Notes: a model not told the origin generated them from the sequence alone. 15,420 nucleotides of DNA from Candidatus Altiarchaeales archaeon IMC4 (GCA_001742785.1 MCBF01000001.1:762422-777841); one strand, 5' to 3'. Positions 1 through 8,957 are shown, counted from the first letter of the stretch. Numbers and translations: made by a program.

Positions 1-542
1 TGCAGATAAGGGAGAAATGCAAAATCATTCTGATTCATAATATCATAATCTTGGTCTATTAATGTGGTTTGGGCTCCAGAAGTTTCTTTGTTTTGTTTAA
101 GCACAAACTTCATAGTCTTTGGCTTGATGAGACCAAAGCTTTTTCCGTTGTCTCTTATCTGGGAAAATGTTGATTTGGCGATGCTTTCGAGCAATGCGAT
201 CTGTTCTGGGCGTTTAAGTTTCTTGTTTATCTTATTTCCTCTGCCGGTAATTTCTTTTTGTGCATATATCCGCTTCGATAAATTATCAAATTCAGTTTCA
301 TAGTTATAAACTACAAAAGAATTCTCTCGGCCATCATCATTAGGTTTTCTTACTTCGACATTAATTATTTCCCAATCGTGCACATAACCGTAAGGTACTC
401 CAAAAACTCTTACGAAGCCAGTTTTATTTGACCAAAGACAGAGGCATCTAGCTTGTCTGCCACTTAATTTTCTGGTTTGGTTTGGTGCTCCCTGACCTAA
501 GACAACCATATCCTTTAACCAAAAAGATTCTGTTTCGGTCAT
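1..542 (-). CDS. Hypothetical protein, DUF488-associated family (possibly dual OB-fold); partial, 3' end beyond the window
   Basis: Not in the ORF track. Manual translation from ATG at 542 is open for 180 codons to the window edge: MTETESFWLKDMVVLGQGAPNQTRKLSGRQARCLCLWSNKTGFVRVFGVPYGYVHDWEIINVEVRKPNDDGRENSF...KSFGLIKPK...FLPYL. The start overlaps the DUF488 stop (ATGA) and has GAGGTGA 7 nt upstream (550-556). The C..G.vR...P, D.R.(E/N)S and S.G.IKP motifs resemble, from memory, proteins encoded next to DUF488 genes; the fold call is inference. Confidence 0.8.
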   Translation of the reverse strand, partial: MTETESFWLKDMVVLGQGAPNQTRKLSGRQARCLCLWSNKTGFVRVFGVPYGYVHDWEIINVEVRKPNDDGRENSFVVYNYETEFDNLSKRIYAQKEITGRGNKINKKLKRPEQIALLESIAKSTFSQIRDNGKSFGLIKPKTMKFVLKQNKETSGAQTTLIDQDYDIMNQNDFAFLPYL

Positions 543-1384
543 AAGTTTATCACCTCATGCCCCCTACTTTTTATAACTTTGGCTACTTCTCCTCTATGGC
601 AGAAGTTGTAGTCATCTTCAAAACATAATAGAACAATTCTCTTCGTTGTTCCCAACTCAATAATTCGGTTTATATAAACTTCTTTGAGGGGTAATGTTTG
701 CCTATACATGGCAAATAATTTATCATAATCCTCCTTTGTATTTAGGTTTTTTCGTTCTTCGCTTTCAATCCCCAATTCGGGGATATGGAGATAATCAATA
801 CCAACATCTTTTAATTTCTTCTGTAAAGCATCTTTAATATAGATAAAGTTCATGCTAAACGGATTTCTTCTTATATCAATTAAGAGTTCTATGTTATTGC
901 TTACCAAAGCATTGAGAAATTGGTCTATATCCTTTTTTTCATAACCGATAGTAAAGAATCCCGGAAAAGAACTCTTAGGCACCTGTTCTATTAATTCACT
1001 TTTTATGGTGTATCCAGGATATTTTTGGTACACATAATCGGTAATTTTTTTTTCGTTTGGAAATTTATTCAGCATGGTTTTTATGGTTTTGCGGTGTTCC
1101 CTTCCAACTTGACTCAAAACCTCTTTTCCTTTTGGAGTGATTGTTGTTTCTTCGTCATCAACGAGATTATTGTCCCTCAGCCTTCTAAGATCATCAAAGC
1201 ATAGGTGGGAGAACGGCCCCTGCTTATAAGCAAAGAAATGGTAGAAGGACATTTGAGTAGATATGTTATGTTCTTCTTTAAGGAGGAACAAAGATTTAAC
1301 TATCGCTCTGCGCGAGTTAATGTTCTTTTCGTTCAGTTCTTCGATAGTGTTTAATAACACTTTTTGGCGGTTGAAAAGTTTCAT
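539..1384 (-). CDS. DUF488 family protein with N-terminal winged-helix (SocA/Panacea-like) domain
   Basis: C-terminal half has DUF488 motifs FTIGYE, LIDIRRNPFS, YLHIPELG and LLCFEDDYNFCHR. The N-terminal ~130 aa has KSLFLL...YHFFAYKQGPFS...DDLRRL...ITPKG, a wHTH pattern. AGAGG RBS lies just upstream. Confidence 0.85.
   Translation of the reverse strand: MKLFNRQKVLLNTIEELNEKNINSRRAIVKSLFLLKEEHNISTQMSFYHFFAYKQGPFSHLCFDDLRRLRDNNLVDDEETTITPKGKEVLSQVGREHRKTIKTMLNKFPNEKKITDYVYQKYPGYTIKSELIEQVPKSSFPGFFTIGYEKKDIDQFLNALVSNNIELLIDIRRNPFSMNFIYIKDALQKKLKDVGIDYLHIPELGIESEERKNLNTKEDYDKLFAMYRQTLPLKEVYINRIIELGTTKRIVLLCFEDDYNFCHRGEVAKVIKSRGHEVINL
550..556 (-). promoter_or_regulatory. Shine-Dalgarno GAGGTGA for the 542..1 gene
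   Basis: Minus strand reads GAGGTGA-TAAACTT-ATG. Confidence 0.65.
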
Positions 1385-1401
1385 TTTTCCTCTTTTTATT
1401 C

Positions 1402-4400
1402 TTACTTACTATTGAACTCCTCCACAATTTTAATCTCCTCAGGAGTTAATTCATACAACTTATAGACCAACTGGTCAATCTCCTTTTCCAATCTCTCAAC
1501 CTTCGCCTGCTTGTCAGGGTTTTCTAAGTAATCGTCGTCTTTGGTGATGAAGAGGATTTGATCTACGAGTTGGATGAATAGATTTTGTTGGGCTTCAGAT
1601 ACCTTTGGAATCGGAATCTTTTCCACCGCAAATTTTTTCCACTGGAATGTTCCCATTCCGGAACTGTTGCATATGAGCTTGAAGTAAAACTTACACAACT
1701 TAGAATTGAGTAATGATAAGAGGTATTTTAGAGATTTGCCTGTCATTAAGAATGCTCCGGCTAAAACATACTCTTCTTTGGAGGAGTACGCAAATTTATT
1801 TTTATCTGTAAGTTCTATCCATATAATTTTCTCTTTGGCGAAATTTTGATAGTAATCAGCAGCCCATCGTTGTAACGCGTACCACTCGTATCGAATTCCT
1901 GTTTCTTCCTTGTTTCTATTCATCAGAGCAGTTTTGTATTGTGCTATATGTTTGTAGATGGATTGATATTCTACTTTGAATCTCTCTTCTGCTTTGTGTG
2001 AATTACCTTTGATTGTTGCATCTTTATTTAACGGAAAGTGCCACGGAATGAATATCACCCAAAGACCGTTCCATCTGTGGAAATACTTTCCTATATCCCG
2101 ACCTCTTATAATCGGTTTTATAATTTCTTTATTTTTTGGATCTTCCTTACATAGTCTCTCTTTAGTCTTTGTATCAATCACGAAAGCTTCATTGAGACCT
2201 GTTAGTAATCCTCTGTTTATTTCCACATTCCAGTCTTTTAACAAAATACCTTTCTTCTCTATTTTACTTTTGAGCTCAAGAATGTCTTGCTCTGCCAGAG
2301 TCCATGCAGATTCATCTAAATTATCTTGGTTCACAACAGAAACTTTTTGCGTCGCGATGTTGTCACTAAACAGAATCTTATTGTGCTCGCTATGTCCTCT
2401 TTTTGTTATAACTACAGATGTATTCGTTATCGCCTCAAACATGTGCGTAGTTCCAAAATCAATTACCTCTCTTATTGTTGTGTTGTGTTTGAGGAAATTA
2501 CGCAGATGAATGCCGTATTTAGCTCTCATGAACTTGTTTGATGAGATGAAAGTTAGTGTTCCATATTCTCTGAGAAGAATAATTCCCTTTTCGTAGAAGT
2601 ATGTATACAAATCTGAGGTTGAAGCAAATATTTTATAATTTCGTTTTAAAATTTCTTTGTATTCTTTGATTTCTTCTTGTCTAACATAAGGCGGATTCGC
2701 AATCACCACATCAAATCCAGGATTTTCTCTCTGGAATACTTCAGAGAAATATAATTTCCACAAGAAGAAGGGTTTTGATTTTGTTTTTTTGTACTGTTGA
2801 AGTTTCTGCATGGCTTCATCGTTGCCCTGTTCTTTCAGGGTTTCTTCGATAAGTTCCCATTCGATGCGGTCAATTTCTTCAGCGTATTGCTTTTTCTTGT
2901 TTTTGTTTGGCTCGTTAATAAATTTATTCTGTAATGCCTGTAATCTCTTTATTTTCTTTTGAGATTCACTTTCAACTAATGATGTTTGTTGTCCTTTTTC
3001 TGGCTTTTCCTTAAGTTTTTCCCTTTCCCTTTCAAGTTTTTTGATTTCTTTATCAATCTCTTTTGAAGTTTTATCATTGGATTTTCCGGTAGCAATGTAA
3101 CCCCTTTCCTTTTGTAAAGCAGCAATTTCATCATCAATCTGTTTTATCTCAAAGGAATAATCCCTCTCGACTTCTCCAATAAGTTTCTCATCAAAAAGCT
3201 TTACCCCCTCAAACTCTTCCAGTAAACTGTTCCCGCACATTATTTTATAGTCAAGGTTCGGTAAGGGCTTGATTTGCTTTATATCTTCCTCATCAACAAT
3301 CAGGGAAAGCCAGAACCTCAGTTTCGCAATATCAACGGCAGACGAGTCAATATCAACGCCGTACAAGCAGTTTTCAATGGCTTCTCTTTTCAGGTTGTAT
3401 TCCGTTCTTTTTTCCTGCTCGATCTTATCAAAGAAAATAGTTAAAATATTTCTTGCTTTCACAATCTCATTCATCATGCCGACAAGAAACGCGCCTGAAC
3501 CAGCGGCCGGGTCAACGATCTTTATTTCTTTAAGCAGTTTATCAATCTTTTCCTTTTGTTTGAAGATTGAGTTTGGGAGAGTGAGTTTATTAATGGTTTC
3601 CATAAACTCCTTTTCAATATTTTCTGACATTCCTCTTGCGGATATGATTTCATCATTTAACTTTTTTATTTTTTCAATATTTCTCTCGTCTTCTGCGTTC
3701 GCAAATCCGCTCATACCGATAAAAATTTCAATATCCTGTCTTTGAATACCTGTATTTGTCTCAAGATAATTGATTAAACTCTGCTGGCACATGTAATGCA
3801 CTATTTCCCTTGGTGTGTAAAAAGCACCCATTGACTTTCTATCTTTAACTTCAAGTAAATTCTCAAAAACCTTGCCGAGCATCTCAGGGTCAACAGCCAC
3901 TTCTTTTTCAAGCGGCTCATCTTCCTTTACTGTGAAATTAAACCTGTCAAAAGTATTAAATATCTTTTCAAAAATTGAATTATCTATCAGGATTTCTGTT
4001 TCTTTCCACATATAACCATTAATTGGCTCAAACAATCCTCCGTTCAGGAAGGGTATTTTGCATTTAAATCCACTGTAATAATCGTTATTTGAAACTCTAT
4101 TTTCTGCAAGTGCCTCATAAAACAATGGTTCAAGTATGTCGTTGAAAAAATTATTATAATCAACAATCTTTTTCTCAAATAATTTTCTCAGGAAATCTTT
4201 TGGTCCGCTTCCCCATTCTTTAAATCTTCCTTCAGCATCCTTTCCAACGCCAAGCCATCCTTTCTTCTGGAGGAAGTAAATAAAAACAATCTGCCCTAGG
4301 AGCTTTTTAGAGAAATCAACTGTTGAAATGCTTTTATCCTCAAAATGTTTTTTGATACAATCATCTCCCCCAATAACCTGTTCCAAAGATTCTTTCAGTT

Positions 4401-5022
4401 CTAAATATAACTTTTTATATTCTTCAAAGAATTCTTTTGTTACATTGTCGATGCTGAAAGCTTTTTCAATCTCTTCAAGAGAGGGGTTAGCATTCTCTTC
4501 CATAACAAGTTCTAAGAATTGCTTTCTGCAAGTATGATTAGGCTCATTCACGCCGACTAAAAACGAGTACCTCTTGGCAGGAGTTAGTTCTTTTTTAACC
4601 TTAACCTTTCCGCTCTCGTCTTTTTTAAGCTGGTACTCCATCTGGACAAAAGAGAAACGCCAATCTTTTGGGTCATCACCGTAAAAAGCAACTAATGCAG
4701 CGTCTTTATCTCCGTTTGCCAGAACTTTTGCCATGAAATTTCTCTGCATGGTTCTTGCTCTGTCTCTGGAAGTGGATTTTTTTAGTTTAACAACAAAAAC
4801 CTCAATTATTTTTTTAGAGTTGTCAGTGTAAACCCCTAATGATTGTGCCGACTCTATGTATTCTTTGTATTTGTATTCTTTGTATTCGTTCAGGATGCCG
4901 ATCTCTTTTTGGATTATAATGAACTCATTGAATAATTCTTTAATGAAAACTTTAAATTGGTTTATATCAAATTCCCCATTAAATGTCTTATCCAATAACC
5001 TCCTTGCGGCATCTTTATTCAT
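1402..5022 (-). CDS. Large N6-adenine DNA methyltransferase, Eco57I/type IIG-like, with TaqI-C-like target recognition domain
   Basis: 1206 aa. PFLNGGLF, VDPEMLGKVFE, motif X GAFYTPREIV, motif I VDPAAGSGAFL, YGVDID, motif IV FDVVIANPPY, DLYTYF. The C-terminal KPIIRGRDI...EWYALQ...KEKIIW...LLNSKL...KIPIP...IDQLVYKLYELT region is typical of a TaqI-C-like TRD. Confidence 0.92.
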   Translation of the reverse strand: MNKDAARRLLDKTFNGEFDINQFKVFIKELFNEFIIIQKEIGILNEYKEYKYKEYIESAQSLGVYTDNSKKIIEVFVVKLKKSTSRDRARTMQRNFMAKVLANGDKDAALVAFYGDDPKDWRFSFVQMEYQLKKDESGKVKVKKELTPAKRYSFLVGVNEPNHTCRKQFLELVMEENANPSLEEIEKAFSIDNVTKEFFEEYKKLYLELKESLEQVIGGDDCIKKHFEDKSISTVDFSKKLLGQIVFIYFLQKKGWLGVGKDAEGRFKEWGSGPKDFLRKLFEKKIVDYNNFFNDILEPLFYEALAENRVSNNDYYSGFKCKIPFLNGGLFEPINGYMWKETEILIDNSIFEKIFNTFDRFNFTVKEDEPLEKEVAVDPEMLGKVFENLLEVKDRKSMGAFYTPREIVHYMCQQSLINYLETNTGIQRQDIEIFIGMSGFANAEDERNIEKIKKLNDEIISARGMSENIEKEFMETINKLTLPNSIFKQKEKIDKLLKEIKIVDPAAGSGAFLVGMMNEIVKARNILTIFFDKIEQEKRTEYNLKREAIENCLYGVDIDSSAVDIAKLRFWLSLIVDEEDIKQIKPLPNLDYKIMCGNSLLEEFEGVKLFDEKLIGEVERDYSFEIKQIDDEIAALQKERGYIATGKSNDKTSKEIDKEIKKLEREREKLKEKPEKGQQTSLVESESQKKIKRLQALQNKFINEPNKNKKKQYAEEIDRIEWELIEETLKEQGNDEAMQKLQQYKKTKSKPFFLWKLYFSEVFQRENPGFDVVIANPPYVRQEEIKEYKEILKRNYKIFASTSDLYTYFYEKGIILLREYGTLTFISSNKFMRAKYGIHLRNFLKHNTTIREVIDFGTTHMFEAITNTSVVITKRGHSEHNKILFSDNIATQKVSVVNQDNLDESAWTLAEQDILELKSKIEKKGILLKDWNVEINRGLLTGLNEAFVIDTKTKERLCKEDPKNKEIIKPIIRGRDIGKYFHRWNGLWVIFIPWHFPLNKDATIKGNSHKAEERFKVEYQSIYKHIAQYKTALMNRNKEETGIRYEWYALQRWAADYYQNFAKEKIIWIELTDKNKFAYSSKEEYVLAGAFLMTGKSLKYLLSLLNSKLCKFYFKLICNSSGMGTFQWKKFAVEKIPIPKVSEAQQNLFIQLVDQILFITKDDDYLENPDKQAKVERLEKEIDQLVYKLYELTPEEIKIVEEFNSK
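4857..4886. repeat. Exact 15-bp tandem duplication (TGTATTCTTTGTATT x2), in-frame in the methyltransferase
   Basis: 4857-4871 is identical to 4872-4886; it produces the EYKEYKYKEY peptide. Confidence 0.85.
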
Positions 5023-8000
5023 GTTTATTTGATTTCAAGTATTCTGAGAGTATAACCTCTTTTGGCCCGGAGGTATCGGCCGCATTAGTAGCGTAAGTTT
5101 CTTGGAAAAAGTCGGGTGTAATATTTGATCTAATTCTTGCCAGAATTTTAAGTGGATTCATCTCATTTTTTATCTCATCCATTATTTTTTTGATTGTTGC
5201 CTTAGGCAACGCTCCCTTATTTAACAATTCCTGAACTTCCTGAATATACCCTTCATCATCGTCAGTAAATTCCTTTGTTTTCCCTATGGCCTTCACTATC
5301 TTGATTAAGTTTGATTCATGGCCTCTTCCACCCGAATGCATCAATTCCTCATCGACGGTTACGAACACATTATCAAACTCTTTTTTATTCACATCCAAAC
5401 GCTTATAAAATTCGGCATCCAGTTTCTCCCGTTTAGTGTTTTTGTCTGCCTTTAGGATTTCAGCAGCTTTAGAGAAATCAACCTCTTCAACACCACCATT
5501 GGTTTGAAATATCTTTCTCAATTTACCTTTACGGAAGAATGTTATTACAGAATTATAATCCATTGAATGTTTTCTCGCAGTTCTTGCTTTCTTCGGAAGC
5601 CTCTTAATCCTCTCAAATAAATCAGGGTCGTTGTCTCTTATGTTCCTTAGATATGTTAAATGCTTCAGTTCAGGGTCATCCGCTTCATCCTCTCCGGTTA
5701 TAGTTTTTATTGAGGTTAATCTCATAAACAAATCATGGGTTTTTATTTCCTCATCAGTCAACAGTCGGGCATCGGTTCCTAACATTTCAATAAAAGACCT
5801 AATCTTTGATTCAGCCGCCGCTTGCAAATTGATATTCTCCTCTATTGGTCCTGCGGGGAAGAAATTATAGGTGTAGATGTTATCAAACTTAGAATCAACC
5901 CTGTTTATCCGACCCACCCTCTGCATCATCCGTACAGGGTTCCATGGAATGTCATAGTTTATGACCACATTTGAACGATGTAAATTAACGCCTTCTGACA
6001 ATATTTCTGTTGAGATTAATACCCTGTAATCGTCCTTTGGCTGCCTTGCTTTAGCATCAAAATTATCAATTACAACATTCCGTATGTTCTCCTCGGAACC
6101 GCTTGAGAAAGCCAGCACTCCGCCATCGATTTCGGGATTTAATTTTCCTCCAATATATTCTGCGGTTTCTTTTGACTCTGTAAACACAAGCACTTTATTT
6201 TTCCTTAGTATTTTGTCTTTAGATAATATTTCTATGAATTTGTCAAGTTTAGGGTCTCTTTCTATATTGCGCCACATATCTTTGATTTCTTTTAAAATCG
6301 CAAGGTCATCTTCAAGGTCATTTATGAAATCTGGCGCGAAATCATCAGAGGAATATTTGTCAGCCCGTTCTTCTTCAATCAACTTTTGGACTGCCGCAAC
6401 ATCATCATTTTCCAGTAATTCAAAAATTTTGTTTATGTGTTTCTTGCTCACGTATATGTTCCCTTTTTTGTATTCTTCTATGAACCGTGTGTATGAGTGA
6501 ATGAATCTATCTATTGATTGCTTAAAGGCGAAAAAACTACTTTCTAATCGTTTTAACAAAAGGATTTTCATAAAGCCGCCCATGTTTTTTTGGGATAGTT
6601 CCTGCGGCTGCGTAACGCCTGTTTTGAGATATAATAGGGGCGTATAACGCGCGTATTTGAATCCATTAATCACCAACTCAAGCGTTTTGTTGAATATTCC
6701 ATCAAGATCCTCGTCAAAATGATAATAAACTGGTTTAGGGTCTTTCACTTCAGGGAACTTTAGCCCTTCTGTCTTTAGGTCCTTTTTATAATATTTCACA
6801 ATACTTGTTCTGGTCCTTCTTATCATTAGATATTGAAGAACATTCTCACGAATATCTTCTGCGTTTTCTTGAATAATTCTTAGGTATTCGTCTTTATCCT
6901 CTTTTCTATCTAAATCTTTTAACTTTTCTTGCAATCCCTTGAAGTACCTATTAAGATTTCTTACTCTTGGATTGGGCAATGTTGATTTATTTCCGTCTTG
7001 AAATAGTTTTATCTGGTTTAATATGTCCAGAGGTGTGTTGTTAAGGGGTGTTGCAGATACTAAAATAACCCTCTTGCCCCTGCATATTTTGAATAATTTT
7101 TCATACATCTGCGTTGATTCGCTCCTAAATCTGTGAGATTCATCAATGAATACATTTTTATACCTATCAGTCCCTCTTCTGAGTACATCATCCAGTTTGC
7201 CAATGGATTCAAAGTCAGTCTGCCGTACTCCAAAATTAAAAAAAACGTTTCGCCATGATCCGGGGTTATTTTTATCAAGTAATGTAGGGGGTGCGACAAC
7301 TAAATTTCTACCATCCAGTTGATTAGCAAGTAATGCAGAGACATATGTTTTACCTAATCCAACAACATCAGATACAAATACCCCCCCGTATTCTTCAAGT
7401 TTAGACTTCGCTTCGCTTACAGCATCCTTTTGATACTCAAGATGCATGAAATCCTCAGGAAGATATCCTTCAGATAGTTCCTCTTTATCTATGTTGATTT
7501 TCTCCTTAAGGTACTCGTAAAGGAATTTAAGATAAAGCTCATAAGGGGTGATCTCATCATTCAACCAAGTTTTCTCTTTAATTGTTTCAACATATTTTTC
7601 AGAAACAGGAACTGAGTTATCCCATAACTCGTTAAACTTTTTCAATGCAAATTCATAATCTGACCTATTCTTTAGTTCAACATTAAACTCAATGTTATCC
7701 ATTAAACCGGATTTTGTGAAATTACTTGAGCCAGTTATAACCCTCCCTACATCCCGGTCTCCTTCCCTAAAAGTCATGATATAAATCTTTGCATGGATTT
7801 TTTCAGAAGGATACGCTTTTATTTCAAGTTTCCCAGACTTAATCCACTCAACAAATCTATTAACTCCCCCTTCAATTTCAAAAGAGTCATCAGAAGAGTC
7901 CATTTCAGAAACTAAATTTTTTTCAACCTCATCTTTAGTTTCCTTATGAGACATCATTAAAGTTTGCTGGACATGTTTTTTTGCTTCCCGTATCATATCC

Positions 8001-8206
8001 AAGGTTTCTTTACTTGTGCTTATGCCAATCAAAATCCTAATCTTTTCTGAATTCTCCAGTGACTGTTCGATTAAATGAAACCCGCTTACATAGAAGTAAC
8101 CCGCAAGGCAGTCAAAGAATCGTGTGTCCTTAATTAATGTTGAGAATCTATCAGATAATATTTCTCCCATCTCGTTTGTTATGAAAGTTAAATCTACAGA
8201 GTTCAT
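5015..8206 (-). CDS. PLD-family nuclease fused to an SNF2-like SF2 helicase (restriction-associated)
   Basis: 1063 aa. N-terminal GYFYVSGF, HAKIY and ITGSSNFT...NIEFN (PLD/BfiI-like HxK); Walker A DVVGLGKT, Walker B IDESH, motif III SATP, LKRLESS, SEGVNL, NYDIPWNP, motif VI QRVGRINR. Overlaps the methyltransferase start by 8 nt. Confidence 0.92.
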   Translation of the reverse strand: MNSVDLTFITNEMGEILSDRFSTLIKDTRFFDCLAGYFYVSGFHLIEQSLENSEKIRILIGISTSKETLDMIREAKKHVQQTLMMSHKETKDEVEKNLVSEMDSSDDSFEIEGGVNRFVEWIKSGKLEIKAYPSEKIHAKIYIMTFREGDRDVGRVITGSSNFTKSGLMDNIEFNVELKNRSDYEFALKKFNELWDNSVPVSEKYVETIKEKTWLNDEITPYELYLKFLYEYLKEKINIDKEELSEGYLPEDFMHLEYQKDAVSEAKSKLEEYGGVFVSDVVGLGKTYVSALLANQLDGRNLVVAPPTLLDKNNPGSWRNVFFNFGVRQTDFESIGKLDDVLRRGTDRYKNVFIDESHRFRSESTQMYEKLFKICRGKRVILVSATPLNNTPLDILNQIKLFQDGNKSTLPNPRVRNLNRYFKGLQEKLKDLDRKEDKDEYLRIIQENAEDIRENVLQYLMIRRTRTSIVKYYKKDLKTEGLKFPEVKDPKPVYYHFDEDLDGIFNKTLELVINGFKYARYTPLLYLKTGVTQPQELSQKNMGGFMKILLLKRLESSFFAFKQSIDRFIHSYTRFIEEYKKGNIYVSKKHINKIFELLENDDVAAVQKLIEEERADKYSSDDFAPDFINDLEDDLAILKEIKDMWRNIERDPKLDKFIEILSKDKILRKNKVLVFTESKETAEYIGGKLNPEIDGGVLAFSSGSEENIRNVVIDNFDAKARQPKDDYRVLISTEILSEGVNLHRSNVVINYDIPWNPVRMMQRVGRINRVDSKFDNIYTYNFFPAGPIEENINLQAAAESKIRSFIEMLGTDARLLTDEEIKTHDLFMRLTSIKTITGEDEADDPELKHLTYLRNIRDNDPDLFERIKRLPKKARTARKHSMDYNSVITFFRKGKLRKIFQTNGGVEEVDFSKAAEILKADKNTKREKLDAEFYKRLDVNKKEFDNVFVTVDEELMHSGGRGHESNLIKIVKAIGKTKEFTDDDEGYIQEVQELLNKGALPKATIKKIMDEIKNEMNPLKILARIRSNITPDFFQETYATNAADTSGPKEVILSEYLKSNKHE

Positions 8207-8260
8207 CTTTTATTTATTGTCCTTAAAAGTAAAATAGCAGATGTATAATGACTCCCTATT

Positions 8261-8289
8261 CTCCGCGCGCTCTGCGTCTCTGCGGTGAA
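8261..8289. repeat. Short GC-rich tandem motif CTC(C/T)GCG x3 ending GGTGAA, at the island boundary
   Basis: CTCCGCGCG-CTCTGCGT-CTCTGCGGTGAA sits in an otherwise AT-rich 94-bp intergenic region. Confidence 0.6.
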
Positions 8290-8300
8290 AAAAATCAAAC

Positions 8301-8957
8301 ATGATAACAAACCCGGACTTCGACCGCGAGGCGCGGTGCGGAATACCTGAAGTTGTTTTCGGCGAAAACAAATCCAAAGAAGACATAATCCTGATTGCGG
8401 AAGAGCACCTTGAGCGCACAGGCAGGGCGATAATCACGCGGGTTGACGAAGACAAGGCCGCCGCGCTGAAAAAAAACTTCGCAAAGGAGTTCGAGGTGAA
8501 GCATTCTGTGCGCGGGCAGGCGATGGTGATAAAACTCAAAGGCGCCGCCGCAAATCCATGCGGGCAGGTCGGAATCCTCACCGCCGGCACGTCCGACATC
8601 CCTGCTGCAGAGGAAGCGAAGATAATCCTTGAGGAGCTCGGCTGCAAGACCGTCACCGAATACGACGCGGGCATTGCAGGACTGCACAGGATATTCCCTG
8701 CGATAGAAAAAATGAAAAACACCTCTGTAATCATCGCAATCGCCGGGATGGAAGGCGCACTCCCGACGGTTGTCGCGGGGCTTGTGGACGTTCCGGTGAT
8801 AGGGGTTCCGACTTCGGTGGGTTACGGTGTGGGCAAAGGGGGTCTTGCGGCGCTCAACACGATGCTGAATTCATGCACCCCGATTGCGGTTGTAAACATA
8901 GACAACGGCTACGGCGCCGCTGTTTTAGCCTATCAGATTATCAGGGGCAGATCATAG
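8301..8957 (+). CDS. larB: Nickel pincer cofactor biosynthesis protein LarB (PurE-like)
   Basis: GIPEVVFGENKS, AGTSDIPAAEEA, DAGIAGLHR, AGMEGALPTVVAGL, VPTSVGYG, VVNIDNGYGAA. Confidence 0.93.
   Translation: MITNPDFDREARCGIPEVVFGENKSKEDIILIAEEHLERTGRAIITRVDEDKAAALKKNFAKEFEVKHSVRGQAMVIKLKGAAANPCGQVGILTAGTSDIPAAEEAKIILEELGCKTVTEYDAGIAGLHRIFPAIEKMKNTSVIIAIAGMEGALPTVVAGLVDVPVIGVPTSVGYGVGKGGLAALNTMLNSCTPIAVVNIDNGYGAAVLAYQIIRGRS

Noticed and set aside
1045..7245. Homopolymer tracts (T9 near 1045, A8 near 7238) as phase-variation switches
   Set aside because: Expected in AT-rich Lys/Phe-rich coding sequence; frames are intact.
64..7299. Small ORFs at 64, 1976, 2326, 3269, 4328, 5631, 6084 and 7060
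   Set aside because: Antisense or out-of-frame shadows of long genes with clear motifs.
1402..8206. Calling the locus DISARM, BREX or type I RM
   Set aside because: No DrmA/DrmB, PglZ/BrxC or HsdS/HsdR genes are visible in the window.
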